Source: Candidatus Fimicola merdigallinarum
GTDB taxonomy: Bacteria; Bacillota; Clostridia; Lachnospirales; Anaerotignaceae
Direction of reading: 5' to 3'
NCBI GenBank assembly: GCA_017694425.1
Contig: JADIMX010000078.1
Coordinates: 1,351-65,350 of the forward strand
Length of the DNA: 64,000 bases
Shown: positions 62,841-64,000 of the stretch, piece after piece
Layout of the letters: each line of letters begins with the position of its first letter
How positions within the stretch are numbered: position 1 is the first letter of the stretch
The notes under the pieces: model-generated
Database searches by the model: none
What the model was told of the DNA's origin: nothing
What the model saw: only the letters and a program-made list of their open reading frames with translations
Position numbers and translations under genes: made by a program

Positions 62841-63122
62841 ATGCAAAAACAGAACACCACAAACCCAAATGAGAAAAACGAATCTAAAGAAAAGAAATCC
62901 AAAGCAAAAAAACAGTCAAAGAAAAGCGATAAGCCTTCTTTTGCTGAAACTGTAGCGGATTACAAGGCTGAATTCAAAAAAATCATATGGCCTAATCGCA
63001 GTGAAACAGTAAAAAACACAATTACGGTCATCGTTACATCCTTACTTATGGGTGCCATAATCTTCTGCATTGACACAGTGGTTGCTGGAGGTTACAACTT
63101 TATTTTAGGTCTTTTGGGCTAA
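62841..63122 (+). CDS. secE: Preprotein translocase subunit SecE
   Basis: Lys-rich N-terminus, the KAEFKKIIWP motif and a single C-terminal TM helix. Confidence 0.85.
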   Translation: MQKQNTTNPNEKNESKEKKSKAKKQSKKSDKPSFAETVADYKAEFKKIIWPNRSETVKNTITVIVTSLLMGAIIFCIDTVVAGGYNFILGLLG

Positions 63123-63162
63123 TTTAAAAAGGTATAATAAGTTTATAAAAAAGGATGATAAT

Positions 63163-63717
63163 ATGTCTGAAGAATTAAATAAATCAGAAGAAAAAAATTT
63201 AGAAACCGAATCAAGATGGTACGTTGTTCATACCTATTCAGGATATGAAAACAAAGTAAAAGCCAATATTGAGAAAATTATCGAAAACAGAGGTATGGAG
63301 GACCAGATACATCAGGTTATCGTTCCTTTACAGGACTGTGTTGAGATAAAAAACGGTCAGAAAAAAAATGTTCAGCGAAAAGTTTTTCCAGGCTATGTAC
63401 TACTCAAAATGTTTATGAATGATGATACTTGGTACGTTGTTAGAAACACAAGAGGTGTTACAAGCTTTGTTGGGCCAGGTTCAAAACCTGTTCCACTCAC
63501 TGATGAGGAAGTAAGAGCTATGGGAATTGGCGATACTGTTGAAGAACTTGACATTGAAATCGGTGACACTATTGAAGTTAAAAACGGCCCATTTGCTGAG
63601 GCTGTAGGTCAGGTTGACGAAATCAATGAACACAAGAGAACAGTCATTGTTAAACTGTCCATATTCGGCAGAGAAACACCTGTCGAGCTTGACTTTAATC
63701 AGATTGAGAAGTTATAA
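63163..63717 (+). CDS. nusG: Transcription termination/antitermination factor NusG
   Basis: WYVVHTYSGYENKV motif (NGN domain) and a KOW domain. Confidence 0.95.
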   Translation: MSEELNKSEEKNLETESRWYVVHTYSGYENKVKANIEKIIENRGMEDQIHQVIVPLQDCVEIKNGQKKNVQRKVFPGYVLLKMFMNDDTWYVVRNTRGVTSFVGPGSKPVPLTDEEVRAMGIGDTVEELDIEIGDTIEVKNGPFAEAVGQVDEINEHKRTVIVKLSIFGRETPVELDFNQIEKL

Positions 63718-63818
63718 GTAAATTAAATTATTCGTTTTTTAGTAGTGTGCGGAGATTTTAACCCGCACGTGGGAGGGAAAATCCCCGTTAATTACCACAT
63801 TTATTAGGAGGTGCCGAA

Positions 63819-64000
63819 ATGGCAAAGAAAGTTACAGGTTATATTAAATTACAGATTCCAGCTGGAAAGGCAACACCAGCACCACCTGTTGGTCCAGCTC
63901 TTGGTCAGCACGGTGTAAACATTATGGGCTTCTGCAAGGAGTTCAATGAAAAAACAGCACAGCAGGCTGGTCTTATCATTCCTGTTGTAATCACAGTATA
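63819..64000 (+). CDS. rplK: 50S ribosomal protein L11 (5' part, runs off the window)
   Basis: Begins [36 protein letters not shown], behind an AGGAGG RBS. Confidence 0.9.
   Translation, partial: MAKKVTGYIKLQIPAGKATPAPPVGPALGQHGVNIMGFCKEFNEKTAQQAGLIIPVVITV

Noticed and set aside
63740-63818. Hairpins (GTGCGG..CCGCAC, GGGAGGGAAAATCCCC) between nusG and rplK that could be an L11-operon (L1-binding) leader.
   Set aside because: This is plausible by position, but I cannot match it to the known leader consensus by eye. It is left unannotated pending a covariance-model search.

Overview
This is a low-GC chromosomal segment that looks like a Clostridia-class endospore former. It carries gerA-type germination genes, spoIIR, spmAB, a ytvI-like gene and abrB. 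Nearly all genes are on the + strand, so + is probably the leading strand. Most content is housekeeping: asnB, murG, tsaC-rpiB-upp-tagO-like, ddl-murI, trxA, tadA, SRP RNA, uppP, ispE, cls, tRNA-Leu, lepA, a complete F1Fo ATP synthase operon, hemW-hrcA-grpE-dnaK-dnaJ with a perfect CIRCE, and rpmG-secE-nusG-rplK. Accessory or unusual content: (1) a stand-alone IS200/IS605-family tnpB (RNA-guided nuclease) with intact RuvC and Zn-ribbon motifs, no tnpA, and a structured GC-richer 3' block (candidate omega RNA) ending just before the lepA start. (2) An ATP synthase operon with no free delta gene, where a delta C-terminal-domain-like segment is fused in frame to alpha; the operon sits between lepA and hemW rather than after upp. 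(3) A same-orientation cluster of DnaA boxes just upstream of the divergent dnaD-like/dnaC-like helicase-loader operon. (4) A 183-bp tandem non-coding repeat and a second roughly 500-bp G/T-rich, C-depleted non-coding tract. (5) A candidate S-layer gene plus two more proteins with the same wall-binding repeat, and a TolC-like protein. (6) An M1-peptidase-like lipoprotein with a degenerate zinc site, and a divergent orphan carboxyltransferase. No CRISPR array, rRNA or recognisable multi-gene defence system was seen. All calls come from reading the translations and sequence by eye; no searches were run.
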